From: Candidatus Nanosyncoccus sp.
GTDB lineage: Bacteria; Patescibacteriota; Saccharimonadia; Saccharimonadales; Saccharimonadaceae
Reading direction: 5' to 3'
Length of the DNA stretch: 64,000 nucleotides
Assembly (NCBI GenBank): GCA_045646085.1
Contig: JAZRJZ010000006.1
Span: forward strand, 17,164 to 81,163
The translations under genes and the position numbers were made by a program. The notes below the pieces were generated by a model. The model did not search any database. It was not told the DNA's origin and worked only from the letters and a program-made list of their open reading frames with translations. Shown here one piece after another: positions 54,665 through 64,000 of the stretch; the first letter of the stretch is position 1; the number at the start of each line of letters is the position of its first letter.

Positions 54665-55612
54665 TTATACCATAATTATCTCTGTTTTATCAAGGTCATG
54701 GTCTTTCAAACTCACACTCTTTATCTCAAAATCTTCGTACGTATTGTAATAATAAGTCTGTGTCAGGGAAGAATACCCACCAGTGTAAATGGTCTTTTCA
54801 AACCGTCCATCTGCCATCGCTGCGGCTCCATCTATCATAGAAACACCGTTTAGTGTATGAAAAAGCCGCGACACATTAGATGCTTCATTAGGCTGCGCCG
54901 GGTAGTGCGTATTGAGGTATGCAACTCTAACAAAACGCGAAGAAGAATAATAATCACCTGGCAATCCGCGCATCAGGGAACCACTACCAAAAGGCATTAA
55001 TTCTGCATTTTCCCACTTAACTTTTTTAGGCATCAGCGGCAGCAAATTCATATAATTTCGCAAATTTTCTTTGTGCCAGCCGTATCCAGGTTGGTTGGTC
55101 AACACGTCAACTTCATTTTCAAAGATTTCCATACCTCTATTGGTATATTCCACTACAATGGATTTTTCTTTGTCGCCGATTATCCAATGTAACTGCGACA
55201 CAGGATACTGCTCATTAATCGGTCTCGCGACAATTGCTACGTCCACCAGAGCTTGTTCTACCTCTTCAACTGTTTTAAAATTTAAAGCTATCCACAGAGG
55301 GAATTCATATGCCGCTACGTTGGTCTTACCCTCTACAACGTCAGGTTCGTAAGATGCATAGCCAGGGAAGTTTAGTCCCGCCACCGCAAGTCCATATTCG
55401 TTTGCGCAGTCAAAATACAGAGGTACGCCTTCAGCTATAATCCCCATTCCAATTAGGGCCGGAGAATTCGCCATCTCGCCCAAAAATGCTGATTTGTATT
55501 TGTATCCCCTAGGAGTAATCAGGACTTTTTCGCCATACCCCTCACACCAATCCAAATTACGGCCAAAGTACATATTCCCATTTTCATCTGTAAATCTTAT
55601 TCCTGTGCACAT
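54665..55612 (-). CDS. Choloylglycine hydrolase / penicillin V acylase family (Ntn hydrolase)
   Basis: MCTGIRF, with Cys2 as the N-terminal nucleophile; the length and motifs are typical. Confidence 0.75.
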   Translation of the reverse strand: MCTGIRFTDENGNMYFGRNLDWCEGYGEKVLITPRGYKYKSAFLGEMANSPALIGMGIIAEGVPLYFDCANEYGLAVAGLNFPGYASYEPDVVEGKTNVAAYEFPLWIALNFKTVEEVEQALVDVAIVARPINEQYPVSQLHWIIGDKEKSIVVEYTNRGMEIFENEVDVLTNQPGYGWHKENLRNYMNLLPLMPKKVKWENAELMPFGSGSLMRGLPGDYYSSSRFVRVAYLNTHYPAQPNEASNVSRLFHTLNGVSMIDGAAAMADGRFEKTIYTGGYSSLTQTYYYNTYEDFEIKSVSLKDHDLDKTEIIMV

Positions 55613-55649
55613 GTTTCCTCCATTTTATTTACGCATATTATAGCACAAA

Positions 55650-57638
55650 TTAGAGTAATCCTGGCGGGTCAAGTGAAACCTTAAAATTCGGATCTAACTC
55701 TTTGCACGCCTCTAATAAAGCCTTTCTAGAGCAAGATCTTACTATTATCTGCCAGGTATAACCTCTAGCAGTCCTCTCATGAAAGGCCGGTTGAGGTGGG
55801 GAAATCAACAATTTTTTATCGTCTGATAGTTTTTTTATTAATTCTCGAATTTTCCGCACCACCACTGCCTCAGTTTTCATCGTAATTGCAAGCTTCATTA
55901 CGAATCTATACGGCGGAAAGCCGGCTTTTTGTCGCCTTATTACCGCATATCTATAAAACCCCAAATAATCTTCGTCTATAGCATATTTCAAAACAGGGTG
56001 TTCTGGCCTAAAAGTTTGAATAAATACCTCAGCTCTATCTATATGGCCTCGCCCCACGCGCCCCATCACTTGAGTCAATAGCTGAAAGGTTCGCTCCTCG
56101 GCCAAATAATCTGGCAAAGAAAGCCCCGCATCCGCTTGCGCTATCCCCACTGTTGCGAGTTTTGGTAAATCCAGCCCCTTAGCCAAAGTCTGCGTCCCGA
56201 CCAAAATATCCACTTTTCCGTCTCTCACCTCTGAATAAATCGCATTTAGGCTCTCACCTTTTTTGTTGTCAGCATCAAACCTTCTTACTCGTGCATTAGG
56301 GAACAGCTTTTTTAGCTCGCTCTCTAGGAGTTTTGTTCCAAATCCCTTATGAATCAACCCCGGTGTACCACATTTTGGGCAGCCAACTGGTACTTTTTCA
56401 TGAAAACTGCAGGTATGACAAACCAGTTCATAAGTATCAGCATGAAGTGTCAAGGGTAAATAGCAATTTGGGCACAAGATTTCTTCGCCACAATTTTCGC
56501 AAATTGTTAGGGGTGAAGAGCCGCGACGGTTATGAAAAATCAGAGTTTGCCTGTTTTGATCGAGGTTTTCTGAAATTGCCTCAAGTAGGGAATTAGAAAA
56601 ATACTTGTTTTTGGTAAAATTATCCCTGTTTGTTAAATCGACAATCTTAATATTCGGCTTGATCGCCTCCGATTTTGCTTTTTCTTTTAACCAAACCACG
56701 GCTTTCTGCCTTGAAGCCAGATAATAATCTTCTACAGTCGGGGTAGCGGACCCCAGTATCAATGAGCATCCTACCTCCTTGGCGATAAAGCTAGCCACCC
56801 GTATCGCTGAATAACGGGGCGGGTTCTCTTGATAATATGAGTTTTCGTGCTCTTCATCGATAATTATTAACCCCAGGTTAGAGAGTGGCGCAAACAACGC
56901 CGATCTTGGCCCTATCACTATCAAATGATCATCCGAATTCAATATCTTCTCAAATATCAAGTGCCGTTCCGCTTCAGTCTGTCGGGAATGAATTACGATT
57001 ACCCTGTTACTAAACTCCTTTTTGAATATTTGCACCAATTGCCCCGTAAGTGCGATTTCGGGCACTAATAGTATGGTAGATTTTTGCTCTAATTGGGCCC
57101 TAGCAGCCATTTTAAGGTAGATATTGGTCTTACCACTACCAGTTACGCCAAAAAGCAGCTTCGTGGCTCCTGGAGCCTTCTGTAGGCCTTCTAGCGCCCT
57201 TTTCTGCGCATCATTAAGGGGGACACCCTGGACGGGTGACGGTCGTGGAGGGGGTCCCCCAAAATTGCCGTCAATTTTGGGGGAGGACAGCGACCGGCAG
57301 GACCCGTCCAGAGTGTTACCGAACATTTGTTCGGTTTTTCGGCGCTTTTTCTCAACTCCCTGAGGTAATATCAAGGATACTCCTTGTCCTGACGCCGCCA
57401 TGTAATAATCATGCAAAAATCCAATCGTTTTCAAAAGATGTTTCGGCAATGGCTTTGAATACAATACTTTCAAAACCTTGCGTGTTTCAAAATCCGGCTG
57501 CGCAACTTTTTTAACAACAATACCCGGAACATTTCTTCGCCCCACAGGCACTATTACGATTTGTCCAGGAAGCAGGGAATCATCAAAACTATAGGTCAGC
57601 GCTTCCACCTTCCCCTCTGGTATCACCTCGTAAAACAT
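55650..57638 (-). CDS. priA: Primosomal protein N' (PriA helicase) carrying a 28-codon palindromic-element insertion
   Basis: GVTGSGKT, DEEH, a Cys-rich Zn-binding region (CENCG..CPNC..CHTC..CPKCG) and GTQTLAKG. The start was trimmed to MFYEV. Confidence 0.9.
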   Translation of the reverse strand: MFYEVIPEGKVEALTYSFDDSLLPGQIVIVPVGRRNVPGIVVKKVAQPDFETRKVLKVLYSKPLPKHLLKTIGFLHDYYMAASGQGVSLILPQGVEKKRRKTEQMFGNTLDGSCRSLSSPKIDGNFGGPPPRPSPVQGVPLNDAQKRALEGLQKAPGATKLLFGVTGSGKTNIYLKMAARAQLEQKSTILLVPEIALTGQLVQIFKKEFSNRVIVIHSRQTEAERHLIFEKILNSDDHLIVIGPRSALFAPLSNLGLIIIDEEHENSYYQENPPRYSAIRVASFIAKEVGCSLILGSATPTVEDYYLASRQKAVVWLKEKAKSEAIKPNIKIVDLTNRDNFTKNKYFSNSLLEAISENLDQNRQTLIFHNRRGSSPLTICENCGEEILCPNCYLPLTLHADTYELVCHTCSFHEKVPVGCPKCGTPGLIHKGFGTKLLESELKKLFPNARVRRFDADNKKGESLNAIYSEVRDGKVDILVGTQTLAKGLDLPKLATVGIAQADAGLSLPDYLAEERTFQLLTQVMGRVGRGHIDRAEVFIQTFRPEHPVLKYAIDEDYLGFYRYAVIRRQKAGFPPYRFVMKLAITMKTEAVVVRKIRELIKKLSDDKKLLISPPQPAFHERTARGYTWQIIVRSCSRKALLEACKELDPNFKVSLDPPGLL
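57228..57311. repeat. 84-nt GC-rich palindromic element, copy B, in-frame inside priA
   Basis: CTGGACGGGT...ACCCGTCCAG, GGTCGT/GCGACC, CCCCCAAAATTG-CCGT-CAATTTTGGGGG. It encodes LDGSCRSLSSPKIDGNFGGPPPRPSPVQ. Confidence 0.85.
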
Positions 57639-57771
57639 ATTATGATTATAGCATATCAAAAACAGGCGAAAGTTTTACAGGGTAACCGAAATATCATAGA
57701 AAAACAGAAAGAGAATTGTTGTAATTTTTACTAATTCTATGCTATAATAGAGGTAATTTAAGTGAGGTAAT

Positions 57772-58062
57772 ATGTTAGATCTATTTGTGACTTCTAGAGT
57801 GCGCCGAAAAATCATCGTTGTTTTTGCAAAATACCCAGACTTCAAGACACATGTAAGAGGTCTAGCCAAACTCATAAAAGAAGATCCCGGCAATATCCAG
57901 AGAGAGCTAAATCACATGGCTGAGGGCAAATTCTTAATCGTCACCAAAAAAGGCAAGACCAAAATCTATCAAACCAACAAGCAATACCCCATTTTAAAGG
58001 AACTTCAAAGCATCGTTATCAAAAGCCAAAAAGGCAACAAACCATCAAAAACTATCGGTTAA
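57772..58062 (+). CDS. Small winged-helix DNA-binding protein
   Basis: wHTH-like: RGLAKLIKEDPGNIQRELNHMAEGKFL. Confidence 0.45.
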   Translation: MLDLFVTSRVRRKIIVVFAKYPDFKTHVRGLAKLIKEDPGNIQRELNHMAEGKFLIVTKKGKTKIYQTNKQYPILKELQSIVIKSQKGNKPSKTIG

Positions 58063-58074
58063 CAGGGGTACAAA

Positions 58075-59691
58075 TTGAGTAAAATTTTTGAACAACTAGT
58101 CAAAAAGCGGGGCATCTCAGCAGATTTTTTAAACCCCAAATACGAGAATCTAGAAGATCCATTTTCCTTGTTTAGCATGAAAGATGCTATCGCCCGTATT
58201 CAATCTGCTATCAAAAACCACGAAAAAATCTTAATTTACGGAGACTACGACGTTGACGGCGTTACGTCTAGCACCCTTATGGAAGATACTCTAGTACTCG
58301 CCGGTGTCGACCCAGATAATATTGAGATCATGCTACCAGATCGTTTTGCTGATGGCTACGGTATGAGTCCAAAACTAATCAAGCGCGCCCAGAAACAGGG
58401 AACAAAATTAGTCATCACGGTCGACTGCGGCTCGCGCAACCATGATATTATTAACGAGTTAAACCTTTTAAATATTGATACGATTGTTACCGACCATCAT
58501 GAAACCGACGAAGAAATGCCAGAAGCTGTCGCCGTAATTAATCCTCATCGCAAAGATAACCCCACCCCAAAACTACAAAACCTAGCCGGTGTCGGGGTGG
58601 CATTCAAAATAGCTCAGGCCCTAGTCCAGCAGCATTCCATCCAGAATGGGCAAGAAAAATGGCTACTGGATTTAGTCGTTCTAGGTACAGTATGTGACAA
58701 CATGCTACTTACTGGCGAGAACCGTATTCTATGCTACTACGGCGCCAAGGTCTTATCTAAAACTCGACGCCCCGGCCTAAAAGAATTAATGCGTAGCGCT
58801 GGAGTAAAAAAATTGAACTCCGATTCGATTGGCTTTCAAATTGGCCCACGACTCAATGCTGCCGGACGCCTTGAAACTGCCGACATCTCTTTAAATTTGC
58901 TTCGCGCCAAGGCTCAGACCGATGCCGCCGAACTCGCCGCCTCGCTCGAACAACTGAACAAAAAAAGAAAAATTGAACAAAATTCTGCCATGCGCGAAAT
59001 CAAACAACGCGGCATTTCTGACGATCCCGTGATTATCGAGACTGGACATTGGCACGAAGGCGTACTCGGTATTGTAGCTGGACGTTTAGTCGAAGAATAT
59101 CAAAAACCCGCCTTTGTTCTCGCCGAAACTACAGAAGGAATCTACAAGGGCTCTGGCCGCAGCTTCGGTGATTTCAACCTCGCCGAGGCTCTAGACGCTA
59201 TCAAAGATACCATCATTAGTGGTGGTGGCCACGCTGGGGCTGCCGGAGTAAAACTCGACAGCAAAAGCCTCTACCAATTCCGCGAACAAATCAACGAATA
59301 CTATCAAAGCCTTAATCTCAAAAACCAAACCGAGCACCTAAAACAATCCTCAGACCTTAATCTTACAGACTTTTCAGAACTAAACCTTGAATTACTAGAA
59401 GAGCTCAGACAATTAGAGCCCTACGGCGCAGGGAACGAAGAACCTATTTTCTCTCTTAAAGACACGGAAATAATCAATATCGCTCATATGGGCGCTGACG
59501 GCAATCATCTTCGCATCGATATGCGCGACCAGACCGGTAAAACTCTCAAACTAGTTGCTTTTTACGCCCCAGAAGAATGGCTAAATCTTGATCCTCGCGA
59601 CCAAATTGAGCCATTAGTCAAACTCACCGAAAACGACTTCAACGGCGTCAAATCTCTAGAAGCACGCATATGTGATATAATTATCTTATGA
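58075..59691 (+). CDS. recJ: Single-stranded-DNA-specific exonuclease RecJ
   Basis: DHH motifs (GDYDVDGVTS, TVDCG, VTDHH) and the DHHA1 motif GGGHAGAAG. TTG start. Confidence 0.9.
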   Translation: MSKIFEQLVKKRGISADFLNPKYENLEDPFSLFSMKDAIARIQSAIKNHEKILIYGDYDVDGVTSSTLMEDTLVLAGVDPDNIEIMLPDRFADGYGMSPKLIKRAQKQGTKLVITVDCGSRNHDIINELNLLNIDTIVTDHHETDEEMPEAVAVINPHRKDNPTPKLQNLAGVGVAFKIAQALVQQHSIQNGQEKWLLDLVVLGTVCDNMLLTGENRILCYYGAKVLSKTRRPGLKELMRSAGVKKLNSDSIGFQIGPRLNAAGRLETADISLNLLRAKAQTDAAELAASLEQLNKKRKIEQNSAMREIKQRGISDDPVIIETGHWHEGVLGIVAGRLVEEYQKPAFVLAETTEGIYKGSGRSFGDFNLAEALDAIKDTIISGGGHAGAAGVKLDSKSLYQFREQINEYYQSLNLKNQTEHLKQSSDLNLTDFSELNLELLEELRQLEPYGAGNEEPIFSLKDTEIINIAHMGADGNHLRIDMRDQTGKTLKLVAFYAPEEWLNLDPRDQIEPLVKLTENDFNGVKSLEARICDIIIL

Positions 59692-60218
59692 AAAAAGTCA
59701 TCGTCAAATGTAAACTATCTAATCACGAAAACTTTGAACGAAAACTCTCTGATATTGATTTAAATTTTTCTCAAGTCTATTGGCAACACGATCGTATCTA
59801 TGTACCCCGTGACTACAAGAATAATTCCAATTATCCGCGTCTTGTCATCCGCACCGAAATGCGTGCCGTAGACAAGCCCGCTAAATACACCTTAATTCTT
59901 CGTCGCCATATCGAAGACTCTGACATCGATATAGTAGAAGAAACATCGGTCAAAAATTACGAAAGCACCGTCAATATTATCTTTCAGCTTGGCTTCAAAC
60001 TGGCTGGCGAAATCTCCCGCCGACGTCAAGACCTTCGCATGGGTGAGGGGACTAATATCTACCTAGACAAAATCGAAAACCTCCCCGGCTACTATGCCAA
60101 AATCGAATCCAATCTCAGCCCCAACGATTCTACCGTAGATGCCAAATTAGATCTCAAAAACACCTTCAAAACCCTTGGCGAATCAAATATTATCAAAAGT
60201 CCTTATTTTGAGCTTTAG
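59688..60218 (+). CDS. CYTH-like domain protein (CyaB/ThTPase-like)
   Basis: Size and pattern fit (…YLDKIENLPGYYAKIE…), but the N-terminal ExExK is degenerate (VIVKCKL). Confidence 0.4.
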   Translation: MKKVIVKCKLSNHENFERKLSDIDLNFSQVYWQHDRIYVPRDYKNNSNYPRLVIRTEMRAVDKPAKYTLILRRHIEDSDIDIVEETSVKNYESTVNIIFQLGFKLAGEISRRRQDLRMGEGTNIYLDKIENLPGYYAKIESNLSPNDSTVDAKLDLKNTFKTLGESNIIKSPYFEL

Positions 60219-61192
60219 CCTCTCGGTGGCTCACCATCTGGTTCACCGAGTAGTTTTTTACTCTTGATTTCGTATCTGCGCCCATTTACTGGTGACACGT
60301 AATAATCTTCATTCAAGAGGTTCACAAACATTGTCAAATCTTTATCGTCCATGATAATAATCGAGCCGTCGTCATCTGTCATCAAATCTAACTGCATTTC
60401 ATCGGCGTAGTCAATCAGCTTATCCTGCGGCATTTCCTCGGCAATCTCCATGGCCTGGACCTTTTTTAGGATTGGTTTCTTGTCTGCGAGTAGGGAATCG
60501 AGCGTCAGTCCTTCCGCGAAGGAAAGTTTGTATTTCTCGGTCAATTCTTTCGCTTTCGCCTCTGCAATCACCTGAGATTTATAGTCATATTGGAACAAAT
60601 TCTCAAATTTCGCCTGATTAAATACGACAATATTGCCATCCACAATCGCTACTTGATTATCTTCTGGCATCTTTAGAGCGATTTCTGCCGAAAATGGCTC
60701 AAAACTCTCCCCGTTAATCTCCCAACTTGAAGTACCTTTTAGCGCAGATGAAGCTGGCAAAATCTTTGCAATATAAAAAGTCTTCATTCCATCTTCACCG
60801 GGGTAAGTAAACTTCGCGATGATGCCTTTTACCTTTTTAAAATCATATTCGTTTTCTGAGAAATAATCTATGTCTTTGTACTCATTTTCAATCAGGTGGA
60901 TTAAGGTTTCGGCGCGGCCGACCTTGGAAAGGGAAGTGCGATAAATCACTTTTTCTTCACCGTCAGCCTTCTCGTATTCGCGGCATTCGAGCCCTTTATC
61001 AGCCTCTTCGATGATATAATGTATCGCCTCCTGCATAAACATAGACTTCACGGCGCCCGTCAGCTTGTCTGAATATTTTATCTTAAATGGCGTGTAATTC
61101 TTGTTAAACAAAAACAATTCTGCTGAAACATTGTTTTTTACTTCATCAATCTCATTCGCCCAGAGAAAGACATCGAAATCTGATTTATCCAT
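60215..61192 (-). CDS. Hypothetical protein, possibly DUF4868 (KwaB-like)
   Basis: 325 aa with its own promoter and an upstream terminator. The family call rests only on overall resemblance from memory and needs an HMM search. Confidence 0.3.
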   Translation of the reverse strand: MDKSDFDVFLWANEIDEVKNNVSAELFLFNKNYTPFKIKYSDKLTGAVKSMFMQEAIHYIIEEADKGLECREYEKADGEEKVIYRTSLSKVGRAETLIHLIENEYKDIDYFSENEYDFKKVKGIIAKFTYPGEDGMKTFYIAKILPASSALKGTSSWEINGESFEPFSAEIALKMPEDNQVAIVDGNIVVFNQAKFENLFQYDYKSQVIAEAKAKELTEKYKLSFAEGLTLDSLLADKKPILKKVQAMEIAEEMPQDKLIDYADEMQLDLMTDDDGSIIIMDDKDLTMFVNLLNEDYYVSPVNGRRYEIKSKKLLGEPDGEPPRG

Positions 61193-61835
61193 AATATACC
61201 TCGCTTATTTTTCTCTATTATATCACGAAAAAAATAAATAAAAAAAGCCCCCGACCATGAAGGCGATGGCGAAAGTATATATTGCCATCTACAGGGAAGA
61301 ATAGCCACTTATATCTTAATTATACCACAGAACAGGGAATAAGTCAATACCGCTTATGTTCGGTTATTTCAAAACAATATCATAAAACAGTCAATGGCGT
61401 TTGTTCGGGAAAATAACAGAGATGTTTTCCACAACCTGCGAAAAACTAACCTTAAAAAAAGTCCAAAAAAACACTTGCATTTTTTAAAAAAATATACTAA
61501 ACTGAGATTAGCGAATAAAACATACAAAAACGCTAAACAAAAAGTAAGTACCTTAAAAAAGTTTGAGATCGGCCAACTAGGAGTTTTGGCGCGCATTAAA
61601 AAGATAGCGAGATGCGTCAAAAAAATCGTGCGTTCTTTCCTTAAAACACACCTCCCAATAAAACTCTATATGGTCTAAAACCAATACACAATAAGTCTCT
61701 CAACGGCTGCGATATGAGATTAGCTTCGCGCTGGTAAAATCGTGGTGGATTATATTGTGTCAAACAAAAATCAAATCAAAAACAAAACCGCCGAAGTTTC
61801 TAGTTGAACGGTCTCAAACGATGTATAATGAAAGC

Positions 61836-62711
61836 ATGGAGAAATTGCATATCCCAGTGCTATTATCGGAAGTGCTAGCTACCCTAGAACCGCATCCCGG
61901 AGAAAAATATTTAGATTTAACTGCCGGCTACGGGGGTCACGCTAGTAAGGTTTTGGATGTGACACAGAATTATAAAGATGCATGCTTAGTGGATCGAGAT
62001 GAATTTGCAGTGGAGTATTTAAAACGCAAATTCAAATCAAATATCACTATTAAACATGAAGATTTTTATAACGCTATGTTGCAGTTAACCGAGTGTGGAA
62101 AAACTTTCGATATAATACTGGCGGATTTTGGAGTTTCTTCTCCGCAACTAGATATGAAGGAACGAGGTTTTTCGCTTAAAAACGATGGCCCTTTGGACAT
62201 GCGGATGGATCAGCGGCAAAAAAAGACGGCGGACGATATTGTTAATAAATACAGTGAACGCGAGTTGGCAAATCTATTTATTAAATATGGCGAAGAAAGC
62301 CCTGGTCGTGCTGCGATGCTGGCAAGAATAATTATCCATCATCGCCCCATCCATAGTACCGTGGAACTTGCCGAGCTTATTCGAGTACGGCTTCATGGCT
62401 ACTCACGGATTCATCCTGCTACCAAAATTTTTCAAGCTTTACGTATAGAAGTGAATGATGAACTAGGAGAAATCGAACGCGCTTTACCACTTCTACCAAA
62501 ATTATTGAACCCAGGCGGCAGAATTGGAATCATTACTTTTCATAGTCTAGAAGATAGATTAGTCAAAGAATATTTTAGGGAAGCATCAAGCCACGGTGAG
62601 GAATCAGCACTAAGTATTATTAATAAAAAACCTATCATTGCGGAACCAGAGGAGTTGATTATCAACCCGCGAGCCCGGAGCGCAAAGTTCCGCGCGGCTC
62701 GACGGAATTGA
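61836..62711 (+). CDS. rsmH: 16S rRNA (cytosine1402-N4)-methyltransferase RsmH/MraW
   Basis: HIPVLLSEVL, DLTAGYGGH, DFGVSSPQLD, SLEDRLVK. The start was set at the ATG 6 nt after TATAAT. Confidence 0.85.
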   Translation: MEKLHIPVLLSEVLATLEPHPGEKYLDLTAGYGGHASKVLDVTQNYKDACLVDRDEFAVEYLKRKFKSNITIKHEDFYNAMLQLTECGKTFDIILADFGVSSPQLDMKERGFSLKNDGPLDMRMDQRQKKTADDIVNKYSERELANLFIKYGEESPGRAAMLARIIIHHRPIHSTVELAELIRVRLHGYSRIHPATKIFQALRIEVNDELGEIERALPLLPKLLNPGGRIGIITFHSLEDRLVKEYFREASSHGEESALSIINKKPIIAEPEELIINPRARSAKFRAARRN

Positions 62712-62742
62712 TAAAAATAAAAACATAAAAAAGGAGGCAAAA

Positions 62743-62808
62743 ATGCCAAAGCAAATCATGGTTGCGAACAAATCCCGCAAACAGACCATCAAGGTCCACT
62801 TCCGCTAG
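62743..62808 (+). CDS. Candidate 21-aa basic peptide (MPKQIMVANKSRKQTIKVHFR)
   Basis: A perfect AAAGGAGG RBS lies 6 nt upstream of the ATG. It is followed by a ~180-nt GC-rich multi-hairpin block. Confidence 0.3.
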   Translation: MPKQIMVANKSRKQTIKVHFR

Positions 62809-63031
62809 TCTCCCTCACTTGGGCGGCCCGCTGCCGCCCAAGGTTTCGAGAAAAGCGCGACATGGACCTAAAAGGTCCGCCAATTAGAGTTCACACGGAG
62901 AGTGTGGAGTGTATGACCTTCCCGAAGTAGCCTTTATAGCTCACTTATAGCTCTGACTATAAAGGCCTTCGGACTAAGTAAAGAAGGACAATAATATTAA
63001 ATAAAAACAAACATCAGCGAGGAAAAAATTA

Positions 63032-63382
63032 ATGATCAATCAAACGACCTACGTCACGAGACGCGACACTTTCGGGAATAGTTTTGCGCGCAATCGTAAT
63101 ACTGTCCGTCACACCAAAAGGAGTCTAGGCTCTATTTCACAAATCGTAATTGTTAGCATGTTGACTTTAGTATTCGGTTTAATCTACGTAGCCGAGGGAA
63201 CCAAAGCCACTAGTTTTGATTATGAACTTTCTTCCGTCGAAACCGAAATCACCGAAAAGAACGCCAAATTAGAAGATCTCGCTGTTGAAAAGGCTCGTCT
63301 TACTTCGGTAGCCACGGCCAAAGCCAGTACAGTTGCTGCCGCCATGGAAGACGCCACGGTAAGCGGTTATGCCACAGAGTAA
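63032..63382 (+). CDS. ftsL: FtsL-like cell-division protein
   Basis: Single TM helix followed by a coiled coil, positioned between rsmH and ftsI. Confidence 0.6.
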   Translation: MINQTTYVTRRDTFGNSFARNRNTVRHTKRSLGSISQIVIVSMLTLVFGLIYVAEGTKATSFDYELSSVETEITEKNAKLEDLAVEKARLTSVATAKASTVAAAMEDATVSGYATE

Positions 63383-64000
63383 TAATTTAACTAAACGCCT
63401 AAAGATTCTCAAGATTATAATTTTTGTTTCACTGGGAATTATTCTAGCCCGGCTTTTTTTCATTCAAATTATCGAACATGGTGTTTGGGTTGCCAAAGCC
63501 GACGAGCAACATACTTTACTCGAAACTATCACGCCAAAGCGCGGTGAAATATATATGATGGACAAAAATCAGCCTGTAGCCGTAGTCTTAAATCAGACTA
63601 CTTATAACGTAGTCATCGACCCAACCGTCACTCAAAAAGAGGACATCGAGAAGGTAGTTAATGATTACGTAAAAGAGTATACAGTCGTAGACCTAAACGA
63701 AGTTTATAGTCAAGAAGGTCTCAGATATTCTATCGTCGCCAAAGGCATCCCTCGTGAAATTGCCGAACAAATCGCCGAAGCCGAAATTCCTGCAATTTGG
63801 CTCAAAAAAACCAATCAACGGGTTTATCCAGAGGGCGAATTAGCCTCTGGACTTTTGGGTTTCGTCAATAACGAAGGAGTTGGCCAATATGGCGTAGAGG
63901 GCTCCCTAAATCAAATTTTGGCAGGCAAGGACGGCTTAATCAAAACTACAGCCGATATTAACAAAGTGGCACTTTCTATCGGCAAAGACAACGTTAAAAT
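63369..64000 (+). CDS. ftsI: Penicillin-binding protein (FtsI/PBP2-type), N-terminal part; continues past the window end
   Basis: The frame is open from the ATG at 63369: MPQSNNLTKRLKILKIIIFVSLGIILARLFFIQIIEHG...RGEIYM. It is absent from the ORF track because there is no stop codon in the window. Confidence 0.7.
   Translation, partial: MPQSNNLTKRLKILKIIIFVSLGIILARLFFIQIIEHGVWVAKADEQHTLLETITPKRGEIYMMDKNQPVAVVLNQTTYNVVIDPTVTQKEDIEKVVNDYVKEYTVVDLNEVYSQEGLRYSIVAKGIPREIAEQIAEAEIPAIWLKKTNQRVYPEGELASGLLGFVNNEGVGQYGVEGSLNQILAGKDGLIKTTADINKVALSIGKDNVK

Noticed and set aside
61369-61678. 83-aa minus-strand ORF and 94-aa + strand ORF in the AT-rich region upstream of rsmH (considered as a KwaA-like partner or mraZ)
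   Set aside because: The compositions (Phe/Leu-rich and Lys-rich) mirror poly-T/poly-A DNA, there is no RBS, and the two ORFs overlap each other. There is also no similarity to MraZ motifs.

Overview
This window is a gene-dense, low-GC bacterial chromosome segment with short genes and short intergenic spacers. It reads like a reduced Patescibacteria/CPR genome, probably Saccharibacteria (TM7)-like; the 16S gene carries U at the E. coli-912 equivalent. That taxonomic call is an inference, not a database result.

Housekeeping content:
- Translation: thrS, miaA, infC-rpmI-rplT-rpmB, rpsA, infB, fmt-def.
- Replication and repair: gyrB-gyrA, priA, recJ, comM.
- Fe-S assembly: nifS-nifU.
- Cell envelope and division: rsmH-ftsL-ftsI, GT2 glycosyltransferases, a polysaccharide deacetylase.
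- Two HerA/FtsK-type ATPases.

RNA genes found by eye:
- A stand-alone 16S rRNA with its own promoter, processing stem and terminator, and no 23S in the window.
- RNase P RNA.
- tmRNA, hidden in a 1.4-kb 'empty' region.
- tRNA-Thr, Val, Ala, Ile and Asn.

The most unusual region is an accessory island at about 28.5-36.4 kb, directly after the 16S gene. It contains:
- A putative 2H phosphoesterase.
- Two paralogous Pnkp-like P-loop kinases.
- A TrmB-like regulator.
- A roughly 1.06-kb hairpin-dense untranslated transcript running from promoter to terminator (candidate giant structured ncRNA).
- A DUF1874 (AcrIII-1-type cA4 ring nuclease) gene.
- Two copies of a 3'-UTR pseudoknot motif with compensatory changes.
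- PnuC, a Stealth-like gene, a small basic ORF and MazG.
The island's centre is visibly more G+C-rich than the flanks.

Other recurring oddities:
- Exact copies of tRNA 3' ends folded into hairpins just downstream of three tRNAs.
- tRNA-flank direct repeats bracketing nifSU and a one-gene islet.
- GC-rich palindromic elements inserted in-frame in priA and gyrA.
- A run of extended -10 promoters placed 6-8 nt from ATG codons (leaderless mRNAs).

No integrase, transposase or CRISPR array was seen. All coordinates were hand-counted, so boundaries of RNA features are approximate (a few nt).
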